Counted from the first letter of the stretch, positions 1 through 39,870 are shown. The stretch: 64,000 bases of DNA from Balanoglossus misakiensis (GCA_040954595.2 CM082578.2:11539166-11603165); one strand, 5' to 3'. The notes: generated from the letters alone by a model not told the origin. Made by a program: numbers and translations.

Positions 1-385
1 AGTGACGAGAATGGAAGGGTCAGACTGACCATTTCAGATCACGTAGCCTCTCTCGTAGGCGAGTACTCAATCATTGGACGAGCCTTTGTTGTAAGTAAAT
101 TTACAAAAATATATTTATATTGAATAACAAAATAATTCCAAAGACGAAACGCGTCGATATATAGATGCTTTTCCGTACCGATTCTCAGTGTGATTGAACT
201 TCGCCAACGACTGTTCGTTCTAACTGATAGTAATCACTGTTAACTCTGCGTTGAATACTTTTCTCTCCTAGATTCATGCTGGAATAGACGATCTTGGACG
301 AGGCGGTGACGAAGGCAGTCTTGCCACCGGGAACGCCGGTGCCCGCCTTGCCTGCTGTACCATCGGCCGTGTGCCTAAGCCGTAG
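1..385 (+). CDS. Cu/Zn superoxide dismutase, 3' part (last two exons; 5' end outside window), probably extracellular type
   Basis: Exon 1-90 reads [34 protein letters not shown] intron 91-271. Exon 272-385 reads [37 protein letters not shown]. It carries the SIIGR..H..DDLG and [10 protein letters not shown] signature of Cu/Zn SODs; the ACC di-Cys resembles SOD3-type enzymes. ATTAAA at 589-594. Confidence 0.93.
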
Positions 386-1769
386 AAACTCGGCCATCAT
401 GGCTGGAAATCGCCGATTTCGGCACTGGACAATTATAGTACACTTCAGATTGTTCACAATATGTAGTTTATTTCAAGCGTATGCATGCCTCAAACGTGCC
501 TGACTTGCGGAATGTATTTTGCATGATATACCGATGCTGGCTGTCAGGGATTTCACGTACTGTATTGATGACGAAACCGTCTACAGTTATTAAAGAGACA
601 CTTTACTCAACACAAACAGCAGTTATTTACTTGACTAACATCTAGTGAGACATGAAATAGCACAACATCTCTAGTAGAAGGATTGTGAGATGAGGATTAT
701 GGTATAGGTCGATCTCAGTATTCCCAGGCATACCCTGTCCCAGGCCTGCAGTATCCCCTGAAATTCGACGATTTTCCAACCTGCGCTATAAAAGTAAAAC
801 GCAAGAAGTGATATGTGTATTGTATTGTATTTCTTTTTGTCGTACATGTACTGGATTGTTGTCAGATACCGCGACAGGTTGGTAAAAATATGACCCCCCC
901 TTCACCGCATTGATAAAATCTAACCCTTTGTCGAGATATGCTTGTTTCTAATCTGAATTGTTTATTTGCTTGTTTATCAGCGTCTTTCACAATATTGATC
1001 ACGTACACATTCAGTTTATTGAACAGATTGGGCGATACACATGGTACATGTTTTGTAACCTTCCCACCAAGCCACAGACACCAAGCCTTCCCTCTCCATG
1101 GAGGTACTAGCCATACCTCTCCACACCCTCCCCTATTTCTCTGGTTCATCCATCCCTCATTCCTCTCAGCGGGGAAGCGCCACTCTGGGCGGGGAAATCA
1201 AGCCTTTATACGGTCACCTGTATGTAAATTCAGTGGTCGAATATAAGCTGTAGTCGCTTTGCTCAATTTTGAAATCATAAAGTTTGTTGAATGTGTTTGA
1301 ACCCATAGAAAAACCATTGGCGAAAAAATGCAGATTTTTTTTGCGTCCTTAATCTGTTCAATTATATTATGTGCACAATGTGGCAAATTCTTTGAAAGTT
1401 CAGAATGAGTTTACATGTACTTCAGACAAATGAATGGGTGTGTGGAGTGACCGTGGTTGGCCGAGAATCCAACTTTACCGTGCCTCCTCTTCACGGCTGT
1501 ATCGCTTAGTATGCAAAACGCCTATGCTGCAACCACAAAATTAGCATATAATCAAGTTTGTCTGAAAAGATCGCTTATCGACCCCCTGGCCATAAATAAA
1601 CAACCCATGACCCCAGATACTTAAGAGAATCAGATAGCAAGGGTAAAGTCAGCAGATCACGGTAGGCGAACTCAACACCGGTTCTCTACAAAACAACTCG
1701 TCCTTCTGAAATCTGCGTGTAACCCAAGGCTGTGCCCAACAGTGGCTGTGAAAGTATCGACGAACCAAG

Positions 1770-28904
<27,135 letters not shown>

Positions 28905-29259
28905 TTCATAGCCTCGTCAGATTTGTAGAGCTGCTCTCGTCTGCTGCAGCAAATGTCGTGAATCTTGATGTTGTCAGCTCTTTTGCTGCATCAAAATATT
29001 GAACTTAGAAATCTGTGAAGATATTAGTTTTTAAATGTACATCAATTTGTGACCTTAAAAAATTAGCTGTTAGCAACAGTTCTATTTTTGGATATTGTCA
29101 AAAAAAGCCAATGAGGCTGTTTTAAGAACATCATGTCATTTTTTAATGTTTCCTAGTGTTTGTACTAAGACAGAAGTCTAAATGTTTTTGTTGATTTTTT
29201 ATTTGGAAAATGCCATTATTATAAATACAATGTACATGGAATAATTTTAGTTGAATATC

Positions 29260-29265
29260 AATAAA
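29260..29265 (+). promoter_or_regulatory. Polyadenylation signal of the giant WAP/TY gene
   Basis: AATAAA about 355 nt after the stop codon, at the end of an AT-rich 3'UTR. Confidence 0.6.
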
Positions 29266-29294
29266 GTCATGCTGGAAATGTACAGGGTCTCGTC

Positions 29295-29377
29295 TAGTCT
29301 CGGTTACCCAGACCCCCCTGCTTCTTCCGTTGGACACTCCAACGGAAGAAGCAGGGGGGTCTGGGTAACCGAGACTA
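29295..29377. mobile_element. Palindromic mini-MITE (TAGTCTCG...CGAGACTA) with 9-bp target-site duplication
   Basis: Perfect inverted repeat 29294-29334 / 29338-29378 (41 bp, 3-nt loop CAC). Flanks are GGTCTCGTC (29286-29294) and GGTCTCATC (29378-29386). Confidence 0.85.
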
Positions 29378-29530
29378 GGTCTCATCATGTTTGCTTTTAT
29401 GTATAGAGTGATGAACTAATGTTTATACCGTCCCTCAAGAAAGACGGTTGGGAATCGCCTATTGTTCGGACGTGTGATCGAGAGGATTAGCTGTAGGATG
29501 AGCATTATGGTCACGTGACCCGCTTTAATT

Positions 29531-29892
29531 TGACCCTTTTTTCGATGTTTTTTCTCGATAACTGTTTCCAAAAGCTATGTATGTTAACTCCACTATATAA
29601 GGTGTTAGGCAACTAAATCGAAAATGAACGTTATACTATACTTGTGCAGAAATCGGTCATTTGCATCGATGTTTGATTTTACACTGAAACAAACACATTT
29701 TGCAGGCGTTTCTGAGACCGCTTTATTTTCTGACCCTTTTTTCGGTGTTTCTTTTTCTCGATAAATGCTACCAAAAGCTATGTATGTTAACTCCAATATA
29801 TAAGGTGTTTGGCAACTATATCGAAAATGAACGTTCTATTATATTTGTGCAGAAATCTGTCATTTGCATCGATGTTTGATTTTACACTGAAA
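29531..29892. repeat. Diverged tandem duplication (~160-bp copies, 200-bp period) upstream of IDH3G
   Basis: TGACCCTTTTTTCG...AAAAGCTATGTATGTTAACTCCA...CATTTGCATCGATGTTTGATTTTACACTGAAA occurs at 29531-29690 and 29731-29892. Confidence 0.9.
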
Positions 29893-29899
29893 AAAAAGA

Positions 29900-30002
29900 T
29901 GTGTGGGCCCCCCGGCGCACCGGGGGTCACACACATCGACGTGAATCTCTTGGAACCGGAAACGGGGAACCGGAAGTCGTCCGAGTGAATCAAGATGGCG
30001 AC
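29900..30002 (+). promoter_or_regulatory. IDH3G CpG-rich proximal promoter with two ETS/GABP-like sites and a YY1-like site over the ATG
   Basis: CCGGAA 29956-29961, CCGGAAGT 29970-29977, CAAGATGGCG 29991-30000. This motif set is typical of nuclear-encoded mitochondrial genes. Confidence 0.65.
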
Positions 30003-33000
30003 TGTCATACCGGTTTTTCGTCGTTCGCTGTGTAAATTTCACAATTTATCTTTACCAAATGGGGTTCTGAAGGTAGGTTTGTCTTTATATTTCTCCCATC
30101 GTTTGTCAGGCCTTTACTTCGTCTATGTGACAAAGCTACGTGAATGTGGCTCAGTAACGACCGTCGTGATTCAGTCTTCAGATTTACATTGCCAGCTTTC
30201 CGAGATTGCATTGGAGATATATTTTGAGGCGACGATAAGTTGGGACTGAACGTAAGTTCGGATTGTGTTGACGGTGAAAATGGCATTGTTGTTGTTAGTT
30301 TACCGCGTAAAATGAGCCTTAGTTAAGGTGGCTTGCTGCTATGTCTTGTGCATGTGACACGTGTTACATGCCGTGCTTCTACTGCTACAGCCATAACACG
30401 AAGCAGACGACACCGCATCTGTAGCTGTAGCCTTACCACTCACTAATAATATGCTGACATTACTGCTTTCTTACACCATAGCTATTGGCACCGTCTAGTG
30501 CAATTAGAAGACAAGAGAGGTGTATCACAGCTGTGGTAAGTAATATTTGTAGAAATGAATCAAACAAATTCACCAGGGTCTATACCCAATTATTTGGTAA
30601 CTGCATGGGAATGCATGTTTGAAAATTATATTTGTGTATTTTGTTTTTAAGTTCATGAGCATGCAAAACAAGAAGCTTGGCTGCACTACATCTTTTCCTG
30701 AATGTGTAGTTTTCCCTATGTTTTTGCAATTCACATTTACCTCACTGCTCACAATCCCATAGTTACATCACAGTACCAATATTTACAGTAAAATGACTTG
30801 TTGGTATGAAATATATCCATGATGAAAGTTGCTGTTCATTAAAGGGAAGGGATCGTTATTGAAACAGCAAACAGTGTTGGGTTGGGGTCTGCATTCTTTG
30901 TTTAAAAACACAGTATAACAGATACATTCATCAAGCTTATGAAGTTATGTTCAGCAAGTACATAATATGTGTACTTCCAACTCTGCACATTCCATTTCTG
31001 TAGAAATAGAATACACCAAGTAATAAATATTCACATAGTCACTTTGATAATTTAAACCACTTTATTTCTTAGTACTGTATACGACACTAAGTTTGGACTT
31101 TATTTTTTTTTAGTGTTAATGTAGTGTTAACAATGGATAGACCAGAGTATGTTGCACTCAACTGCTGCTGGAAAGGAAACATTTCATTAATTCATCATTT
31201 CTGGAAAAAAAATCTATATCTTAATTCTTTTCTCAAAAACGACTATCTCTTGAATGGAATGAACATGTGATATCGGAAAATTCAGATTGTCTATTCGAAA
31301 ATATAACATCCAGACAAATCTTAACTTAAATGAATATGTTTATCATGTTACAATGTAGAAATATACAGATTTTTTTATTTTTTGTGTGTTGTTTATATAA
31401 TTACTTGCTATCACTAGCTTTCACAACCTGTCAAATTTACTCATCGTCATGTATCCAATGTGTCTACTTTTCTCATCATAGGATCACTCATTTAAGGGGA
31501 TGGTAAGTGGGAACATTTGAAGAATCCGCTCATACCCAGTCTTTGTACGCATACACAAAACCCTTACCCGAGAGAGATAGAAAGTAGGCAGCTTAATAGC
31601 TTACTATCTGGCTAGCTTGCTTGCCAGGTAGAATAAGGAAAGGACAATGGTAAGGTGCATTGATGATTATGTGAAACCCTTGCCCACCCTCTACCCCTGC
31701 ACAGTGGTCGAATCCAACTTTGTCACAGGTCAGGTGGGTTTGACCATGTGCAGGAATAGAGGGGTAAAAGGTTGGGCATGGTGTGCTGATGATACTGCAT
31801 TCTAACAGTCTACTAAAAAGTACATAACCTTTGACATTGTTGGTAAGTTGACAGAATTCATTTTACTCAAAACATGTCTGATAATCTTATGGTTGTGCAT
31901 GTTTTGTTTTACTGTCTTGTTGCATTCTTGTGCTGTTTGTTACAGTTAGTGTTGCTGGCTGACATTCATGTTTTTGTCGCGGTTTTGATGGTTTTGACTT
32001 TACCAAATCTTGCACAAGATCTGTGCTTCTCAGAGTTCAACACATTGCATCAGGCAGTGGCTGAAAGTGGTCAGCTCACTGTTTAGCTAAACCTCCTTTT
32101 GTGAGGTGCAATAGAAGAACATTGATAGAAAAAGCATGGTGTGGCTTCCACCCTCAAATCTGGAATTTTACACAGGTCCCAAGTCTTGCGTCTCCTGTTG
32201 GCCATCACCTCCATGGCTTCAGTTCCCAGTGCATTTATTGCATGCAAGGAATGCTGCATTGTTTATAACTGTTTTACTGGTAACTTTTTCCCCCAAATAG
32301 CCTCCTCCAGCCCAGTATGGTGGCAGACATACAGTCACACTGATACCTGGCGATGGTATAGGGCCAGAACTCATGGTTCATATCAAGGATGTTTTCAAGT
32401 AAGTTTGTGTGGTAGAGTCAAATATTGTAATTCTTTCTTTGAACCTTCTGCTTTGCACCATTTCATTTCATTGAGCGGTTTGTTTCATAGTGAAGATTTA
32501 GCTGAGTCGTATTGGCCAATTACAGCAGAAATCCACCAAACGTGATGGCATTATATAAGATGTAAATCTGGTTTTTAATTTTTTAGCTGATTAAAAAATA
32601 TAACCGCTTTCGTTCAGGCACACTGGTGTACCAGTAGACTTCGAGGAAGTGAATTTATCATCTGATCTTGAGAGTGATGACATTGATGATGTAATCACGG
32701 CAGTCAAGAGGAATGGAATTGCGTTGAAAGGCAATGTTGAGACCTTCCATGTTGATATGTCCCCTAACAAAACCAAGAATGTCAAACTAAGGTATGTACA
32801 TGTATGTTTGTATGTTAGGTACGTATGTATGTACATTTTAGATTTAATAACATTATGACCTCCTTAATATATTTCTGTAGACAATTGTCATTCATCTGTG
32901 TTGATTATATTCTGTATTTTGGCATCATTACCAAACCTGCCAGCAACCCCCAATCTAACAGTTCACCATTTCCACATGACAGGACAGAGCTGGACTTGTT

Positions 33001-34755
33001 TGCCAACGTTCTGAGGTGCGTCAGTATACCCGGAGTGAAAACGCGACACCAGGGCGTTGACCTTGTCATCATCAGAGAAAACACCGAAGGAGAGTATAAC
33101 AGCCTGGAACATGAGGTGAGTGGTCCATTGCATACGTGAAATGATTGTATTCCTTTAACAGTGAAACTGTCGTTCCTTGTGCTATTATTTCAGGCCACTG
33201 TAATAGCGTGAGAAAGGTGACATTTAGCTAGCATGAATGAAATGACTAAATTGACATGAACAGTGATAAAAAAACATAGCTGGACGAGTGGAGAAAGAAT
33301 GAAAGTATAGAGTACATGTATTTCAAAGTACTTCAGGTTAAATATAGTTGACCACTACAGTGGAAATGATGATAACTTTACATAACTGTATGTGTTGTGT
33401 TTTTGTGACAGAGTGTGAAAGGTGTGGTCGAAAGCTTGAAGATCATCACAGCCAAGAGATCTACAAGAATCGCCAAGTATGCATTTGATTATGCCAAGAA
33501 ACACGGCAGAAAGAAAGTAACGGCTATTCACAAAGCAAATATCATGTAGGTTTACTGGATTTATTCATGAACGACTGTTATTCAAACTATATACTGCAGT
33601 GCATTGAGAAAGCATAACTGTATTGATGCAGTAATGAATTATTGTAATAACTGTATAATGTATTACTGAGGTCGCCATTGTAATACTTTCTCATTCTCCA
33701 CTCAGGAAACTTGGAGATGGACTATTTCTGCAGTGTTGCCGTGATGTCGCAAAGGACTATCCCGACATTGAGTTCGGTGATATGATTATTGACAACTGTA
33801 GTATGCAGGTCAGTAGGATATCTGGTCTGTGATAGAGAGATGGTAAAGAGAAGGGGGGGGGGGGGAGGACGAGAGCAGGGACAGGTTTTTACACTTAAAA
33901 ATATTTTGTATCTAGTTCTCTCGCAGTCAGGATGTAATGTTATCACTTTAACAGAGCTGACTAGAACTTGTATAATTTTATTTTTGTCTGGCTGACATTT
34001 ACAGTTGGTATCAAGACCCCAGCAGTTTGATGTGATGGTCATGCCAAACCTGTACGGCAACATTGTCAGTAACATCGGTGCTGGTCTGGTGGGTGGGCCA
34101 GGTGTTGTGCCAGGAGAGAACATCGGTGCAGATTTCGCTGTCTTTGAGTCCGTAAGTGGAATTCAGAGTCCAAATATGACCTTTGAACCCTTTGCAGTCT
34201 GTCCAATCATGAGCCCTCACATGGTAACATCTCTTGTAGTTAGTGATGTCAGGGAAATGTCCCTGATGAGTGTGAGAAATCTCATCCTAGGTCCTTGTAT
34301 GAGATTCTGTTTCATGTCAGTGTAAATGTAACAGTGAAATTAGGGATTTACATGACTGCGTGAAGAAAAAAAGTGACCGCCGTTTGTTTATTTCAGGCAA
34401 CTAGAAACACTGGCAAAAGCATCGCTGGTAAGAACATAGCCAATCCGACAGCTCTGCTACTGGCCAGCACTTTGATGCTGGACTATCTGAAGCTGCACAG
34501 CCATGCTGAAGCCATCAGAGGTGCTGTGTTGAAAACTGTCACCGAAGATAGGGTATGTTGACAAAAATCTCAATTTGTCTGCAAGGAGTAAAGGTGATCT
34601 CAGACCATATGGAAAAACATACATACAGTGAAAAGCACTATTAACATATTGGGTTATAATTTTGGTTTTCTTTCCACCCGTAGATCCACACACCGGACCT
34701 TGGAGGACAGGCTAGTACCACTGATGTCATCAGAAATATTCTTCAAACGTTATAA
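29995..34755 (+). CDS. IDH3G: NAD-dependent isocitrate dehydrogenase subunit gamma, mitochondrial (11 exons)
   Basis: Exons 29995-30072, 30482-30535, 31482-31502, 32301-32398, 32618-32791, 32983-33115, 33412-33545, 33706-33808, 34005-34151, 34397-34552, 34684-34755. Motifs: [112 protein letters not shown] and ATRNTG are gamma-type. The N-terminus is basic and presequence-like. Exons 2-3 are less certain. Confidence 0.95.
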
Positions 34756-37303
34756 GAAAGACAACTCTGTTTAATATTTTTATGCGTCTTCTCACAAAAA
34801 AACGCCCATCAAGTTGAGTACTTTTTGATGACTTGCACAATGTGTTGAGTTAATTTCCGCAGAATTATTCTATTTAAAATGAGTGGTGTTCGTTGGTTTT
34901 CGGTAAACAGTTCGATTCAGGAGAAATTACCTGATCGAAGATTTAGTACGGTACATGTACTTCAGGGAGTTTTAGCCAGGCCAGTGGAAAATCTTCTACA
35001 AAATCACTCCTCAAAACATATTGCGTTTTTCTCCCCAGTCATTTGCACCAACTCAAACAGTTAGTTCTGACACAAGAGGGCGCTGTATTGCACTACATGT
35101 ACCAGTATTTCACAGGAACACGGTCACTCCACCGTGACAGGAACTACGAAGCTGTTAAAGTTTCTGCATCCATGGGGTATCCTACAAAAAGTTCTTCCAT
35201 CTTACATTGAGGCCAAAATGTCACGGTTATTGTAGATCACACTCCGAACAACATACATGTGCAGGCCAAAGAATTTATGTAATTGGATTTGAAATGTTTG
35301 TACTCGTGTTTGTACTCAAACCACCCCCAAACCAGTTAACTGTCGTGTAAATATGTAAATAGAGGATAGTCCCGTTTTGGCTAAGTGTGTTGTTCGGTTT
35401 TTACAAACTCTGGGAATGTCACACAGACATGTTGACAGTATGCAAAGACATTTGTAAGTTATTGAATATGTTTGTTGACACAAGAAGTAAACATTTCAAT
35501 TTCAACTGTTAACATTATGTTTTGTGAAGTTATTGAAATTTGGCTCTTTTTAGACATTCAAATGGTGGCGATTTTTTGTTTTGTTTGTCTGCTTTCTGAC
35601 CATGCGTAGTACACAACCATTATTTATACTGGTCACGTGACATGCACTTTCATGGTCTTTAGAAAAATCATTGTTTTGTTGCTGATGCAAGTATTGATAT
35701 CACTTGCATTCACGAAGTAGTGTGTGTGTATTTGGTTTTTTGCGCATGCCTAAAGGCTGCGTGTCCATTAATCGGCGTCTGTGCTGTTTAACTTATGTCG
35801 ATGAAAGTTTAAAAGACAAATAGTGTAAGGAAGATGAACCGCCCGTGGTTGAAGAGCTTGGCAACAACAGTGTAGTATTTGCGCAGTTGAGAGCGCCATG
35901 CATTAGTCGAGATATTCGGGCGTTCCGGGGATAGGCTTACCTGGCAATAATCAAACAGCATGGGGGTAAACTCGCAAATAATAGATCCTTTTAGGCGGCA
36001 GTCACCCACTTAAGTTCCCGCTCTCATCTCCTCTTTGTCCGCTGCAAATCTCTGTTGTGTCCGAAGAGTGTGTACAAGATGCCCGATCTTTCAGAAGGGA
36101 TTTGGCAGACAAAACGGGTCTCCAATTTTTTTCTACCTTACTCTGGCAATTGCAAGGTCCATCCTGAAAACAGGGAAGAGCGGCCAGCGAATTACCATAC
36201 GTACACTACGTTTTGTTTTCGGGATCTGAGAACTAATTTATTCCAATGTTCTTCATGCACGTCAGCCATGCATTTTGGAATGCGAAATGTGTATAAACGT
36301 AACAAAAAGTTAAACGTAAAGAAATTAAAGTCCAGCCTAGCTAGTGTTCCGCTGGCGAGGGCCTATTTCACTCGGGATTTTACAACAGGTCAGATAAGTA
36401 CTTAATGGGTTTCTCTGCCAAACGGTTTATCAGTCGTTTTGCATTGTTATGTTTTTGAAAACACTCCCCTATAGAATACGCCAAAATCTATTATATTGGG
36501 GGTGAGGTTATGGTTATTATTGTTGATGGGTGTACGCCCCATCACGTCCGGCACCTTTGACATGTTGGCATTCTGTGATCTGGTCATGCGAGAATTTCAT
36601 TGCAACCTACAGGGTGTGCAAGGAAAGGGAATATAGTTGTGAAAGTCATAGTGCTAATTGCCCTGAACTTCTTTGACAATTTTGACGCCAATACTATGTC
36701 CTGAGTGACCTGTTGGATTTCAGCAAGTGGCGCCCGCGTTATCTTGCACTTCTTGATTGGATGGGCCGAGCCGAATTGTTTCCCGCACCCCTGGTCACAG
36801 TTCCCAAGATAACCCAATTTAGTTGTACGTGAAAACGGCACTACATAGTCTAATCAACCAGAGAGACTGATAGACAGGCAGGCAGACATACAGACAAAAT
36901 GAAAGAAAGGATCGGAAAGTAAGGACAGAAAAAAAAAACTTTTCAAAAGTCACACGAATGGAAAAAAGAACGTTATAAACAAAATGATCATGTCGAATTG
37001 AAGTATATTTAATTTTCTAATTGAGATTTTTAAAAGTTGTCCGGTGAGCTTGCCCTAACTTATTTTTTTAACTGTTTGACTTTTGGAGACAGAGAAAGAA
37101 AAGCCCACCCCTTCGGTAAACTATGTTAGCTCCCTGAATTACGGGGTGAATTACATGAAATGCGTCATGTACGAGCGGTCGTGTGACGTGTTCATGTCAA
37201 TCGTTGGTTCATTTTGGGCCACATATGCCCTTGTTATGTAATTGTGAGTCTCCCCTTCGTATACATTTGTACATCATTGTCGCTGCCTTGGTCAGGTAGG
37301 AGA

Positions 37304-39100
37304 ATGGCAGTCCTCGCCAAGTTGTCCGTCGTTGTATTGGCAATCCTGGCTATCTACGCCGGCCACTGTATGCTGAGCAGCTTTGATGGGGGTAAGCAGT
37401 AAACTCAAAGTATAGCCCACTTTTCTTTACTGTGATTTTAATAATAATACTTTTTCAGGTGCCAATTTTGTGCGTGAACCAAACGAAAGGAGGTATTTGC
37501 CTATTTTAGAGGGACCGAAACATGCAAAATCGCCCGACACTTTAATAGAATGACTTAGCCAGAATGTCACTTTTAAAACTAAGAAGGGGGGAGGGGGTCA
37601 ACACTGAGTATGATGTTTTCAAGTGTCTGAGCGTGGCTTTACTTCGCACGACCGGGTTTGAAATTACAAACAAAAACACACTATCAAACACACGTTGGCC
37701 AAACCTATGCAATAATATTGAGATAAGGACTAAAAGCTCGGGTACAAGAAGTATGCACCACAGATGGCGTGAGCAGCGACGACTTTTAGATCAGAAATTG
37801 ATCTTGTTTTGGTTTATTTATTCAGAGATTCTTCGAGGGAAATCGGTGGTCATCACGGGGGCTAGCTCTGGTATTGGCGAAGAGGTCGCGTACCAGTTTG
37901 CGCGGCTTGGATGTAGAATCTTGATAACAGCAAGACGGGACGAGCTCCTTGAGAAGGTACCAGCATTTTACTGACCTGGTCACGGTGTAGATTACTCGTT
38001 GGTCCAAGTAAACATACGTTTACCATTTTTGGAATAGCTCGTTCGAGAACACGCTGTGCTATTCTTCAGTTTTCACAAATTGAATATCTCTGTCCATATG
38101 TGAAGTGTAGGCGTGCACCTGTCAGCCTCTCTGTCACACGAACAAAACCCGAATCGTTCGTTGTCAATAGTATACAACTTGGTGTTTGTATCGAACATGC
38201 GCCCTCTATCAACTCTGCACAAAATTTACTTTTGGACAATCAAAGTATTGAACTGGGCAGGTTTTTCAGTTGTTGGTGCGTTCTACTTGAACAGACTGAG
38301 GAAGGATCGTCAACATTATTTTTCTATTTTCCCCCAACGTCTACATACTTCTCTCCAGGTTGCCGGAAAGTGTCGAGCTCTCGGAGCTCAAGAAGTCCAC
38401 TGGATACCTTTCGATATGTCAAAATACAACGAGACAAAGATTGTCACAGAAGAAGTCGAGCGAAAATTGGGCGATCTGGATTTTCTGGTCCTAAACCACG
38501 CGTTGTACTACTGGAAAAGTTGGAATGGGGATCTCGACAGCCTGAAGCATATGATGGATGTAAATTTCATGTCGTTTGTTTCCATGACGACAAAATTACT
38601 GCCTCTCCTTGAGAAGTCCAGTGGTAGCGTCACTGCGGTCTCGTCGCTTACAGGTAAAAAGAAGATGGTGGTGGTGGTGATTTGGTGGTGCGTGCTATTG
38701 ACGACGACGACGACTTAGACACCGGTCTAAAATTATCATTCCATTTATTTCAGGTATGATGGGTTTGACGTACTTAACACAGTACAGCGCTACGAAGCAT
38801 GCACTGCACGGATTTTTCCGAAGCCTGAGGCAGGAGCTTCTGATGTCCGGGATTGACGTCAGCGTGACCGTGTGCGTTCTCTGCGGGGTGAACACCGAAC
38901 GCGCGCTTGCTGAAACAGAGGGCGTGCTCCACCCATTTTTCTTCAGGCACTCCCCGACTGACGCGGCTGAATACATCATGAAATCGGCAGTGACTCGGCA
39001 AACTGACGTTTATTTCCCGTGGTACGACGCCTCCATGTTGCTGGTGATGGACAGGTATTTGCCCGGGGTTTTGAGATGGCTTCACAATTCGATCAGTTAG
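37304..39100 (+). CDS. HSD11B1L: Short-chain dehydrogenase/reductase, 11-beta-hydroxysteroid dehydrogenase 1-like (4 exons, 286 aa)
   Basis: Exons 37304-37391, 37826-37956, 38359-38653, 38754-39100. Hydrophobic N-terminal anchor, LRGKSVVITGASSGIGEEVAYQFA, TARR (NADP-type), LDFLVLNHA, VNFMS, VSSLTG, catalytic YSATK, GFFRSLRQE. Family assignment is firm; orthology is not tested. Confidence 0.85.
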
Positions 39101-39870
39101 AAAATATCTGCCCGCGTTATTACGCCAATGTTCATTGTGAATGCCCATTGCTGGTTCATACTTATACCTTGCCGCTCTGAACTTGGCGTACATCTGTACA
39201 GTAATGCCATGAATAATTGTTCATCGTTTGCTCTCACTTTCGTTTCTCGTTTTCCCAAGAACGCCCTCTCGTATCGACTCGGCAGAAGCACGCGGGACTC
39301 CTTTGGAGTCAAGGACCCCTTTGAAAGCCAGCATACGCATTTCCCAAATAATGAATTGTCGGCGGCTACACACTTAATTTTAGTTCGACTAATTGTTTGC
39401 AATCATTCTTCACGTGTACACTAAAGCATATTATTTCACTGCAGCGCATGTTGTACAACCTAACTACAGCCTAACAACAGCTACTTCAACTCTAAGCTGA
39501 AATGTTGTTAGGGGCACTTGCGCCCAAGACGGAAATTAACATTTCTAGATGCGGGACGTGTAATGGACCGGAATGGTAAACATCGCTGACATTTTCTATG
39601 CCCGGTGACGTCACGGATGTCTCCTTAATTTGGCACTAGCGACAGCTTGACAACCTTCATCAGTCATAGTACAGTACTAATTCTAACAGTGAAAGTACTA
39701 GCCGCATCTTGTCTCTGTCGCGATGGCCAATTTCCTTACTGATCAGTGCATCTGTTTCCGCGCACGGGGGAAAAGACCAGAGTCGGAGACGACCTATAAA
39801 AGCGGGAAATATGAGATCGGTCGCGTTGTGGCTTCGTTGACGGTGCCAATACTGCGGACAGCCCGGGAAT

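Noticed and set aside
31874-32086. Hydrophobic 70-aa ORF inside IDH3G intron 3
   Set aside because: Derived from a T/G-rich intronic tract; no convincing donor site or homology.
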